From positions 864,001-928,000 of the forward strand of contig OY761159.2 of assembly GCA_963664395.2 (NCBI GenBank): DNA of 64,000 nucleotides, read 5' to 3'. Each line of letters starts with the position of its first letter. The first letter of the stretch is position 1. The notes beneath the pieces are model-generated. The model did no database searches and was not told the origin of the DNA. It saw only the letters and a program-made list of their open reading frames with translations. The DNA is from Candidatus Binatia bacterium. GTDB taxonomy: Bacteria > Desulfobacterota > Binatia > Bin18. The position numbers were made by a program, and so were the translations under genes. Shown here piece after piece: positions 1 through 9,300 of the stretch.

Positions 1-954
1 CATCAGGCGGATACGTACTTTGCGCGGGGAGAGGTAGTTTTCGAGAATAATACCTGCATCGAGAAGTTCGTTATACGCGCCGGGATAATACTCGACTGCT
101 GCCGTCGGCCCACTAGGGGTACTGGAGCAACACACGACGGGTAGCCCATGGGCGAGACGACGGAGCTGATCCAGAGCCGTTGGTGGGATGCTACCAGCGC
201 CCATGCTCGCGACTATAAGACCGTCTATGGGACAGTCCGCCCGTTCGCTTACTATCTTGAGGAGTGCAGCATCATCGCCAACACCAAGAGTGAGGATGGG
301 AATTGAGTATGGTATGGCTTGGGGAAGACGGCCCAGGCGATTCCAGCGTGTCGGATTCCAGCCTAACTCAACCTGCTCAATCTGCTCAATCTGCTGCTCG
401 TTCACGCGCCCAGACGGGGCGCCGCGCCGCGCCGTAAAAGCGTCCAAGGCGACGGTGTCGCTTTTATACACGCTCCAGGCCTCAAAGATGTCCCCGTGCA
501 TAGTGACAAGCGTCCCGTATTCAGACAAAAGGTACGAGGCGATCCGCAAAGCGTTCTCCAAGTTTTGTCCCCCGTCATAGTCCGCCGCCCAACTTGGCCG
601 CATGGCCCCTGTAAAGACAACAGGAACAGTTCCTGAGAGCATTTCATCGATACCGTACGCCACATCTTCCAGGGCATCGGTCCCATGCGTCACAACAATA
701 CCCTCAATGCCCGCCTTGGCTGCCTGCTCAATCGTTCGCGTAAGATTGAGCACCTCAGCACCCGAGGAGATCACACCATCAGGATAGGGCAGGTCAAGGC
801 AGCGGACGTGCCCCGTATCGATTGCAGTCCGGGCCAATACATCGGCAGCCGACAGCGCGGGACGCTGCTCTCCGGTCTGAGCGTCGCGCGCTTGGCTAAT
901 AGTCCCGCCGGTGGCGATGAGGAGCAGCTCTCTCCGGTCTCCTGCGTTCGGCAT
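1..954 (-). CDS. Asparaginase/glutaminase-family protein (runs off the left edge; missing from the ORF track)
   Basis: Manual translation from ATG at 954: MPNAGDRRELLLIATGGTISQ...GIVVTHGTDALEDVAY...PVVFTGAMRP...LSPRKVRIRLM. Has the TGGTI and HGTD asparaginase motifs; frame open to position 1. Confidence 0.85.
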   Translation of the reverse strand, partial: MPNAGDRRELLLIATGGTISQARDAQTGEQRPALSAADVLARTAIDTGHVRCLDLPYPDGVISSGAEVLNLTRTIEQAAKAGIEGIVVTHGTDALEDVAYGIDEMLSGTVPVVFTGAMRPSWAADYDGGQNLENALRIASYLLSEYGTLVTMHGDIFEAWSVYKSDTVALDAFTARRGAPSGRVNEQQIEQIEQVELGWNPTRWNRLGRLPQAIPYSIPILTLGVGDDAALLKIVSERADCPIDGLIVASMGAGSIPPTALDQLRRLAHGLPVVCCSSTPSGPTAAVEYYPGAYNELLDAGIILENYLSPRKVRIRLM

Positions 955-963
955 GCAGTCCGA

Positions 964-1950
964 TTAGCCCGTATAGCGAAAAAGACTCAGGAGAAAGAGG
1001 TTGTCGGGATCAGTCCATTGGGATTGGAATTGGAAGCCGTGACCGGTCAGTTGGTCTTTGACTTCCTGCGCATCGAACTTTCTGGATATCTCGGTGTGGA
1101 TGGTCTCGCCAGCTCGGAATGATATGTTCAGGTCTAAGGCCGCGATGGTCACTTTCTGGGCGACTTCGCTCTTCAGGTGCATCTCAATTTGATGCAGCTC
1201 CTGATTATAAAATGCCAGATGAGAAAACTGAGCGAGATTGAAATCCGCTTGGAACTCGCGGTTGATATGGCGCAGGATGTTCAGATTGAAGTCGGCCGTG
1301 ACTCCAGCCGCGTCATTATACGCGGCTTCTAAAATCTCAACAGACTTCCGTAAGTCGAGCCCTAATAAAAATTGATCGCCGGGATGGAGGGAGACCGCGA
1401 GATGCCGAAACAGTTCAGCCTGTTCCATCAGACTGAAATTACCCAGATTACTGCCCAAAAAGAGGACGAGGCGGGGCCGCGTATTGGGCAGGGCGGTGAG
1501 TCCGTACAGATAGTCGGTGGCCAACGCCTCAATCGACATCGTGGGGTAGTCAGAGAGCAGGCTCCGCGCGGTCTCTTCGAGCATCGAAGCGCTAATATCA
1601 ATCGGTACATAGTGCAGCAGTTGGTCTTGGCGTTGATATTCATCAAACAGGAGACGACTTTTCGCCGAACTTCCACTTCCCAACTCGACCAGCAAAGCGC
1701 CAGACGTCTGTTTCACAATATCCGCCGCATTCGTCCGCAGAATCTGCGCCTCGGTCCGGGTGAGATAATATTCCGGTTGCTGACAGATATCCTCAAACAA
1801 CTGTGAACCGTGCGCGTCATAAAAATACTTTGGGGGTAATGTTTTCTGGCTTTGCTGCAAGCCAAAGGCAACGTCCGCACGAAACTGCGAACGCACCTTG
1901 CCCGGTGTAGAAATCTGTAGACGGTTAGTCTCTTGTAGTATTGTTGACAT
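964..1950 (-). CDS. egtD: L-histidine N-alpha-trimethyltransferase (hercynine synthase)
   Basis: KTLPPKYFYD, PEYYLTRTE, ELGSGS SAM motif, GSNLGNF, YNDAAGVTADFNLN, IEMHL, HTEISRKF. Confidence 0.93.
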   Translation of the reverse strand: MSTILQETNRLQISTPGKVRSQFRADVAFGLQQSQKTLPPKYFYDAHGSQLFEDICQQPEYYLTRTEAQILRTNAADIVKQTSGALLVELGSGSSAKSRLLFDEYQRQDQLLHYVPIDISASMLEETARSLLSDYPTMSIEALATDYLYGLTALPNTRPRLVLFLGSNLGNFSLMEQAELFRHLAVSLHPGDQFLLGLDLRKSVEILEAAYNDAAGVTADFNLNILRHINREFQADFNLAQFSHLAFYNQELHQIEMHLKSEVAQKVTIAALDLNISFRAGETIHTEISRKFDAQEVKDQLTGHGFQFQSQWTDPDNLFLLSLFRYTG

Positions 1951-1968
1951 AAAAACAACCCACTTCTC

Positions 1969-3192
1969 TCAGTCAGTCCAACCCATACCTGTGCGCTGCG
2001 ACTTTACACATCGAAAGCCGGCAAAAACGGCTCGCATGTCGGGATGATACCAATTCCGAAACGTTGGCCGTAATACATGGCGCCGCGTTGCCCACGACCC
2101 TCCGCGCAAGACTCGGTGCTGTTGATCAAAGTACGGAACGGAATAGCCTGCATACGGAAAAGCCTGAAAACCCGGATAGGGGTGAAACCAGGTCTGTGTC
2201 CACTCCCAGACCCCTCCGAGCATACCGAGACGTGCGTCTTGCTGTTCGGAATCCCACCGCGCGGCTCTTTCCCATTCGGCTTCGGTCGGCAGCCGTTTAC
2301 CGACGAAGCGGGCATACGCATCGGCCTCATACCAGCTCACGCACATCACCGGCCGTGCCGAGTCTAACGCCAGGACGCCGGTGGGGCCGATCTCCAGCCA
2401 GTGCCCCTGCTCGTGGGTACTCCCAGAGCGCCAGTACAATGGATGTGCAATACGGTTTTCCTCGCACCAGCGCCACCCCCTCCGACTCCACCAGGCAGGG
2501 TTCCGATACCCTCCACAATCCATGAATTCCAGAAAATCGGCGTTTGTGACGGGCGTTTGATCAATCCAAAATTCCTCAAGCCGGACGCGCTGTGCCGGCC
2601 GTTCATTGTCCAGCGTGCGCGCGCGGTCGTCACTGCCCAGCCTGCCGGCTCCAGGGGGGATACGGACCATTGGTGTGGGCTGCGCAGGAGGGCGATACAC
2701 CGCCGGGGAAGAGGCCGGTGCTGCGTCTCCCGCATCGAATCGCCGAGCGGCAATCACATTGAGAATCAGGAGGATGGTCTCAGCGTGTTGTTCTTCGTGT
2801 TGGAGCAACATGTTCAGGATGCCACCTTCACCCAGCAAAGGATGGCTGTCCGGCCAATCGCCCTGCTCCAGAAAGGCAAACACTCGTTCGCGGACTGCAT
2901 CGAGATACGCAAAGATCACATGTGCGGCAGGTATATTGACACGGTTCTCTTTCGGATTCTCAAGCGGAGAGAAAAACACGTCATACTCGGGCGACAGTGA
3001 CACGGCATGCTGACACTGCTGCAGAATCCAAAACCCTTCGGTCACCCCAATATGGCCGAGGTGCCAGCCAATCGGGCTGAACTCGGCATGGACCTGGCGA
3101 CAGAAATCTTCTGGCTCGATAGCTGCGAACAGCGACTTCGTATAGGTGCGAGCCTCGACCATCCGGTGTTGGAAGTCAGCAATATCGATCAT
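1969..3192 (-). CDS. egtB: Ergothioneine sulfoxide synthase (DinB + FGE-sulfatase domains)
   Basis: Fe-binding WHLGH and QHEEQHAE; RLPTEAEWE, GVWEWT, PYAGYSVPYF, VLRGGSW, FRNWYHP...FAGFRC; flanked by egtC and egtD. Confidence 0.9.
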   Translation of the reverse strand: MIDIADFQHRMVEARTYTKSLFAAIEPEDFCRQVHAEFSPIGWHLGHIGVTEGFWILQQCQHAVSLSPEYDVFFSPLENPKENRVNIPAAHVIFAYLDAVRERVFAFLEQGDWPDSHPLLGEGGILNMLLQHEEQHAETILLILNVIAARRFDAGDAAPASSPAVYRPPAQPTPMVRIPPGAGRLGSDDRARTLDNERPAQRVRLEEFWIDQTPVTNADFLEFMDCGGYRNPAWWSRRGWRWCEENRIAHPLYWRSGSTHEQGHWLEIGPTGVLALDSARPVMCVSWYEADAYARFVGKRLPTEAEWERAARWDSEQQDARLGMLGGVWEWTQTWFHPYPGFQAFPYAGYSVPYFDQQHRVLRGGSWATRRHVLRPTFRNWYHPDMRAVFAGFRCVKSQRTGMGWTD

Positions 3193-3245
3193 GCTGCCTC
3201 AAAGAGTAAACGTGCCAACAGCTTTGTATGATGTGGAGGGCACGT

Positions 3246-4058
3246 TTACTCTTTCTGGTCGTTGAGGTCAACGAGGTGAATATCCGTAGCGTTACTACAG
3301 GTAACCATATGACTCTCCGGGACAGGCTGCCAAGCTGGATCAGAGGAGAGCTTTTCCGAAGCAATGACCACCGCCTCGGAGAAATCCGGCCCGTTGCGTA
3401 TATAATACAGCGACGGAGCCGGCGAGGTGGTAGCGAAGCGGAGAGCGACAATATGCACACCGTCCGACAGCACAATGTTCAGCGCCATATGTATCGCCTG
3501 GCCACGCGTCCAGGCCAGCAACTGCGCAACAGTTTGCCGAATGGCTGTCGCATATGCCTGGGGCGTATGCCCTTGGCCGTGCAGAAAGTTCAGGAGAAGG
3601 GCAAAGATGTGCTCAGAGTCGGTTGCGCCCTGAATGAGTCGATAATACTCATCCCGTAAGGCAGCCCGCATCGTGCGCAGCAAGCCATCGCGGGACTTTT
3701 CAATAAAGCCATTATGCATGAACGCCAGACGGCCGTAGGAGAACGGCTGGCAGTTGCTCTGATCAAGTCCGAAACCGGGCGTAGCGCTCCGAACATTGGC
3801 TAAAATGCAATCCGAAGCAATATGGCGACTCAGGCTGGGCAGATTTCGATCATTCCAAATAGGGATAATGTTCGTGTATATACACGGCGCGGGTTCAAGC
3901 GCGCGGTTATACCACCCGACCCCAAAACCATCCACATTCACCGTCCCGGCAGTCATCTCTTTGGGCTGATAACTTTGCTCTATCAGGGAATGCTCGGGTG
4001 CACTGATGACCTGCGCGAGCGAGACCGGCTTTCCACGATACACAACAAAACGGCACAT
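3246..4058 (-). CDS. egtC: Class II glutamine amidotransferase / Ntn amidohydrolase EgtC
   Basis: N-terminal MCR (Cys2 nucleophile), NVDGFGVGWY, VRSATPG, FMHNG, GATDSEH, IASEKL. Confidence 0.9.
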   Translation of the reverse strand: MCRFVVYRGKPVSLAQVISAPEHSLIEQSYQPKEMTAGTVNVDGFGVGWYNRALEPAPCIYTNIIPIWNDRNLPSLSRHIASDCILANVRSATPGFGLDQSNCQPFSYGRLAFMHNGFIEKSRDGLLRTMRAALRDEYYRLIQGATDSEHIFALLLNFLHGQGHTPQAYATAIRQTVAQLLAWTRGQAIHMALNIVLSDGVHIVALRFATTSPAPSLYYIRNGPDFSEAVVIASEKLSSDPAWQPVPESHMVTCSNATDIHLVDLNDQKE

Positions 4059-4089
4059 ACCCTTGGCCCAGACTCTTCAGTGCACGCGC

Positions 4090-5307
4090 TTACCACGGCG
4101 AATGGGCCGGCTGTTTGAGCAGCCGGCGGCGTAACGCCTCGGCTTCAGCATGAATCGCTTCATAACTTGGGCCGAACAGATCGATTTGGGCCAGCACCAC
4201 CCCAAACTCGCTCACCGGGCGAATTTCCTGCCCCGGCTCGACATAGACCGTCAGCTCGCCCACTTCCTGGGCGCGCCTGAAATCAAACAGATTCTCGGCC
4301 ACATCCTCACCAAAAGTGATGAAATTAAACTGTCCGCCCACGACAGCGGTTGGCCGCGGCGGGGGCGGGGGCGACTGCCCGCCGGCCAGCCTCAGTCCGG
4401 CTTCGTATATACACGCTCCGAGACAGCGACGATACAGATTATAAAAACAGGTGGCCGCCCGTCCGTTGACCTCCGTCAGGGTGACCGCGTCGTCATGGCA
4501 CCAGAACTCAATATTGAAGAAGCCGTTGTCCAGCCCGATATTCCCGACCGCTTCCATGGCCTGCCGAGCCAGCAGTTCTTGCATATGGGCCGGGTGCCGG
4601 GACGGCAGCGAAAAATTGTCAATAATCCGGGTGCCCGGATAGGTATTGGTATCAGTAATGGCCCAGAGCGCGGGCTGCGTATTGGCGACCCAGCCTTCGA
4701 CCGTCACCTGCGGCCCATCAACAAAGTCTTCAACCAGCATGATATCTCGGGTCGCAAGGGGGAATTTCACACAGTCGATATACCGCTCGAAAAATGGAAA
4801 GTAGAGCGGTGACCACGCGGGATATTCTCGTCGGGCAATAGCCAGCGCGCGCTGGAGGTCATCGGCCGAGTCGAGCTTAAAACCGAGAATCCCGAGATTC
4901 AGCCAGGGCGGTTTAAGATAACACGGGTAGCGCGTTATCGCGGGATGCTCGTCAGCAATATCGATAAGATCGATCGCGTCACACCGAACCGGATGGGGTT
5001 CATACTGACGACCGTAGTATTTGTGGAGGCAAAGAAAGACGGACTCCACACTCGGTCCCGGAAAACCAAACTCCTCACACAGGACCGCAGCCACAATATC
5101 GGCCACGTCTCGGGAGTAGAAGACGGCATCAATGTGGTGAGCCTTGACATACTCTCGGCACTGGTCGGTGTAAGCAAGCAAATCCAATTCCGGGGAGGGC
5201 GTACGCGGATTCAGCGGCGCGTCAAGCAGATGGAAGGTGTGCTCGGACATACCGGCCAAGGCGTTGCGGTCCCGTTGCGACGGGCACGGAATCAGAACGT
5301 CCACCAC
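4090..5307 (-). CDS. ATP-grasp domain ligase
   Basis: GFPGPS...HKY, YPCYLKP, MLVEDFVDGPQVTVEG, FFNIEF, LTEVNGR (E-x-N-x-R ATP-grasp signature); GTG start with GGGGAG RBS. Confidence 0.85.
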   Translation of the reverse strand: MVDVLIPCPSQRDRNALAGMSEHTFHLLDAPLNPRTPSPELDLLAYTDQCREYVKAHHIDAVFYSRDVADIVAAVLCEEFGFPGPSVESVFLCLHKYYGRQYEPHPVRCDAIDLIDIADEHPAITRYPCYLKPPWLNLGILGFKLDSADDLQRALAIARREYPAWSPLYFPFFERYIDCVKFPLATRDIMLVEDFVDGPQVTVEGWVANTQPALWAITDTNTYPGTRIIDNFSLPSRHPAHMQELLARQAMEAVGNIGLDNGFFNIEFWCHDDAVTLTEVNGRAATCFYNLYRRCLGACIYEAGLRLAGGQSPPPPPRPTAVVGGQFNFITFGEDVAENLFDFRRAQEVGELTVYVEPGQEIRPVSEFGVVLAQIDLFGPSYEAIHAEAEALRRRLLKQPAHSPW

Positions 5308-5369
5308 TCCCCCTTCTTTATTCTACTGGACCATCCGCATATGTACTGGCAGGAAACGTCATGGCGGAA

Positions 5370-5822
5370 TCAGGCAGCCTGTTTCTGTTCCTCAAGAACG
5401 GCCTTAAAGTCGGCGGTACGCAGCGTCGCAGCCACGCTCATATCGCCGTTCAGGACATCGAACAGAGCGTCACTGTCGCCGCGCACGCTGTAGTGCACGA
5501 CCGCCCCGGCGACGCCACCGCCTTCGAGATGCGCGTCCCCGGCAGGGCTGGAGGTATATTTTCCAACCGGGCGCACATCTTTCACCGCGCTCCCATCGGC
5601 TTCGTAGATAATATGCTCGCCATCCACGACCAAGGTATTGGTCAGGGCCAGATGACGATGCAGAAATATCTTCTCGTTGGGCGCGAATTTAACCATCAAG
5701 TCCACGATATTGTTTTCTTCATCCACGTCGAGCAGGGTGACCTCGAGGTGTTCAAAGTCGCCCAGGGCCTGCCACCGGATATTGCGATCATCAAAGCGGC
5801 GGGTAGAAGGTGTGGCTGCCAT
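5370..5822 (-). CDS. Cupin-fold (ChrR-like) small protein
   Basis: KFAPNEKIFLHRH...VVDGEH...GDAHLEGG cupin-like His motifs; GGAG RBS. Confidence 0.65.
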   Translation of the reverse strand: MAATPSTRRFDDRNIRWQALGDFEHLEVTLLDVDEENNIVDLMVKFAPNEKIFLHRHLALTNTLVVDGEHIIYEADGSAVKDVRPVGKYTSSPAGDAHLEGGGVAGAVVHYSVRGDSDALFDVLNGDMSVAATLRTADFKAVLEEQKQAA

Positions 5823-5902
5823 ACATCGTCTCCTCTATATATTGCGGTATTGCTCAAGGCGGCGAGCATAGCAAGCGTTCCGGTGACGGACAAGGAGTCA
5901 GC

Positions 5903-6337
5903 ATGCAACGCATTGAGGGCGGATGCCACTGCGGGACGATCCGGTACGAATTTTTGTGGCCGCTTGATGCCGCGGAGATTCCGGTTCGGGCGTGCAGTTG
6001 CAGCTTCTGCATGAAGCATCGAGGCACCTACACCTCGCATCCCCAAGCGGAACTCAACGCAACGATCACAGATACCGCCCGCGTTCCCACCTATCGTTTT
6101 GGACATGAGACGGCCGACTTCTACGTCTGCTCCCGCTGCGGGGTGCTCACCTTTGCGGTGAGCCGGATTGCCGAGCGTGATTATGCCGTGGTCAACGTCC
6201 ATACGTTCGAGCGTATCGACCCGGCCAATTTCACCAGCCGCGTGACCGATTTTGACGGGGAGACCCCAGAGGGCCGCCTTGCCCGGCGCCAGCGGACATG
6301 GACGCCCACGGTCCGGATTACCTTCAAAGACGGATAG
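5903..6337 (+). CDS. GFA / Mss4-like zinc-binding protein
   Basis: GGCHCG, CSCSFC, YVCSRCG; AAGGAG RBS before ATG 5903. Confidence 0.88.
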   Translation: MQRIEGGCHCGTIRYEFLWPLDAAEIPVRACSCSFCMKHRGTYTSHPQAELNATITDTARVPTYRFGHETADFYVCSRCGVLTFAVSRIAERDYAVVNVHTFERIDPANFTSRVTDFDGETPEGRLARRQRTWTPTVRITFKDG

Positions 6338-6385
6338 GGGAAGGATTCGCCTTGCCTCCCTTTTTCGCAGGCGTACAGAGCGCCC

Positions 6386-9300
6386 TCATTCCACATCGGT
6401 AATGATAAAGTTCTGGCTGTTCTGCTGCCACTCCAGTCCGACTGTCTCCCCCAGGCGCGGGAAGTCTTGCACTACACACTCCCCCTCGGCTCCCCGTAGA
6501 AACTCCGGCCCCAAGGTCGTCACCCGTACCGTGGCTCGACCCAACTCCACTCCATCCACGAAGGCCACCACCGCATGTTCCCCATCACCCAACAGATTCC
6601 AGTTGAACAGCAACCCAAAGCCGTTGTCCGTGTCCCCACAGGCAGCCAGCGTGTCCGTCCGCTCCGTGCCATACGCCGCCGCCTGTCGCCCACCGATTCC
6701 GATCGCTATCTCCACCCGGTTCGCCTCGCACACCCAACCCGAGATCAGCCCAATGCCGCTCTGAAACGAGTTCGGCCCCGGATTCTCCAGATAGCCCGTC
6801 AGCCCACTGCCCGCCGGAGTAGCGGGCGTGGCCGGCGCGTCGCCACCCGCAATCACAAAATTCTGACTCGTCTGCTGCCACACCAGCGTCACGCTCTCGC
6901 CCCGCCTCGGGAAGTCCTCGACCTCACAGGTCCCCCCTACGCCCCGCACGAATTCCTCTCCCAGCGTCGTCACCGTCACCCGCGCCCGGCCTAACTCCAC
7001 CCCATCGACCAGGGCCGTGACGGTATGCTCCCCATCCCCCAGCAGATTCCAGTTGAACAACAGGCCAAACCCGTTGTTCGTATCCCCACACACCCCCTCC
7101 GTATCCAGCCGCGCCGTCCCATACGCCGCCCCCTGCCGCATCACCTCTCCCCGCTTGGTCTCTATCTCAATCTCGACCTCCGCCGCCGTACAGGTCCAGC
7201 CCGACAGCACCCCAACGCCACTCTGAGACGATACCGGTCCGGGGTTTTCCAAATAGCCCGCCAGCAGGCGCGTCTCCAGGCTATATGCCCCGGTCCTTCC
7301 TCTCGTGCCCTCTACTGCTACCACAACCGGCCCAGCCTCCACCCGAGTACTCAGCCGGAAGTTCCGCCGCTCACCACCGCTATCCGTGCGCACCAGTTCT
7401 ACGCCATCCTGCCAGGCTGTCCCGACGGTATCGGTGGAGCCGGTGGTCTCAACCACCAACACCCCGGCTTGCGGCAGGCTGAACTGGAAATAGTCGCTAT
7501 CGTCCGTGATATTGATCTGCCCGGCGGTAGACGACGTCCAGGGCACGCGGCTGTCCAGCCGGACCCGGGTCGCTTGGGCGGCGGTGTTGCCATGCAGGTC
7601 CCGGCTGACACTGCCGCCACTCCCTCCTCGAGGCGGGGGTGGCGGGGGTGGCGGGGGTGGTGGGGGCGGGGGCGACATGTTGTCCAGCATATAGGACTGG
7701 TAGTTGGTGCCCGAGGGCAGCGTGGCATCAAGCGCGTTTCCGTCGGCGTCCTCAATGTTCTGGTTCGCGGCGAAGGCGAGCGAGACCTGCCCGTTAGCGG
7801 TGGCAAGATTTCCGCCGCTGACCGTTACCCGCCAGGTCGTAGCGCTGCCTGACACCGAGGTCACGTCCGTGCTCGTGCCGCTCACGACAAAGTCGGCCTC
7901 GTCCACCTCCCCCACCGCCTTGCTGAACACGACCTGCCAGGTCAGGCTATCCGCGTTGGTGACCACAGCACGCGGCGTACGGCGGCTGATGGAGACCACC
8001 GCTGCTACTTCGCTCTGTTCTCTGATGAAGAGAAGTGCCGAGCTGAACGCGCCCCAGTTGCCACTGGCATCCTTGGCGCGCACAAAGATGAGGTGCCGGC
8101 CGGGACTCCAGCCGGTCGTATCGATTGAGGCCGTGGCGTCTTCTTCCGTCTCGTCGAAAACACCGTCCTCCGGCGTCAGGGCTACCGCCGAGGGATTCTC
8201 CCCCCACGGCGGCACATCCACGTAGTATTCCCCGGCGGCAATGTTTTGTTCCGGCTCAACGCCGTTCTCTTCGCTGTAGCGTCCGTCGTTGAGCGTCGCG
8301 GACAACGTGACCTGCGTGCCCGGCAGGACGCCCGGCGCTACTGACCCGGCACTGACGTCCACGTCAACGGCATCGGGACCTGCGGGGGTCAGGTAGGGCG
8401 TCCGCGCCACCTTGAGCGCATAGCGCAGGGACTGGATGTTTTGGGAGAGGATCGTCTCCTCGAAAAAGTCGCAATCCTGAAAAAAATGCTCGGTGCCCAA
8501 CTCGAAGGTATAAGACGCGATTCCAAGTTCTCCGTAGCTGTAGGCATCCGTCGTACCGGACGCTGGATAGAGACCGATCGCCTGCTGCGGCGTATATCCG
8601 TTGAAAAACGCCAGCTTGCGTCCGAGCGTCTGGAGCTGCGTCCCGTTGGGCGCCGCCGTGTTCGTGTAGCCCCACGGCCACAGCATGAGTCGGCCGTGGC
8701 TGTGGATGTCCAGGAAAACGCCGCTGGTGTCGGCCGGCGCTGCGGCATCGTCCTCGGCTCCCCGCGCGTCGGGAAACAGGCCCTGCATATAGGCCGTGAT
8801 GGCTTGCGTCTCCGGCTCCGAGGCCGCAGCGGAGCCGCGAAAGGTATTGGAGCACGCCTGGTCGCTGGAGCCGGGCAATCCCCATTTGAAATCGAAGTTA
8901 CGGTTGAGATCGACGCCAGGCCACGTATCGGGACAGTGGGTCGTATTGTGATTCTTACGCCAAGACAGGCCCTCCTCCGCCCGTTTGCGCCCATCCGGAT
9001 TGGCGTGCAGCATCAGGTGGACTTCATGCTGGTCCAGCAGCCAAGTGGCGTCGGCGTCGATGCCATAGCTATCAACCAACTCTTCGGCAAAGCGAGTGGT
9101 CAGTTCGGCCGTGGCGTATTCGCGCGCGTGGAGCGCACTGGTGATGAGCACCTTTGGCTTCGTCCCCGAGACGTTCGAGTTGGTCAGTTTCAGCACCATC
9201 AAATCGTAGCCGCCCGTGTCGGCCGTCTTCTGCCACGACTGCCCGACCGCAGTCCAGGTGGCCAGCTCGGGGAAGGCGTCGACGATCGCCTGGGCGCTCG

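Noticed and set aside
964-4058. Selenoneine (senABC) or ovothiol (ovoA) cluster
   Set aside because: No SenB glycosyltransferase or selenophosphate synthetase nearby. The EgtB-like protein has no C-terminal methyltransferase domain and is flanked by egtC and egtD.
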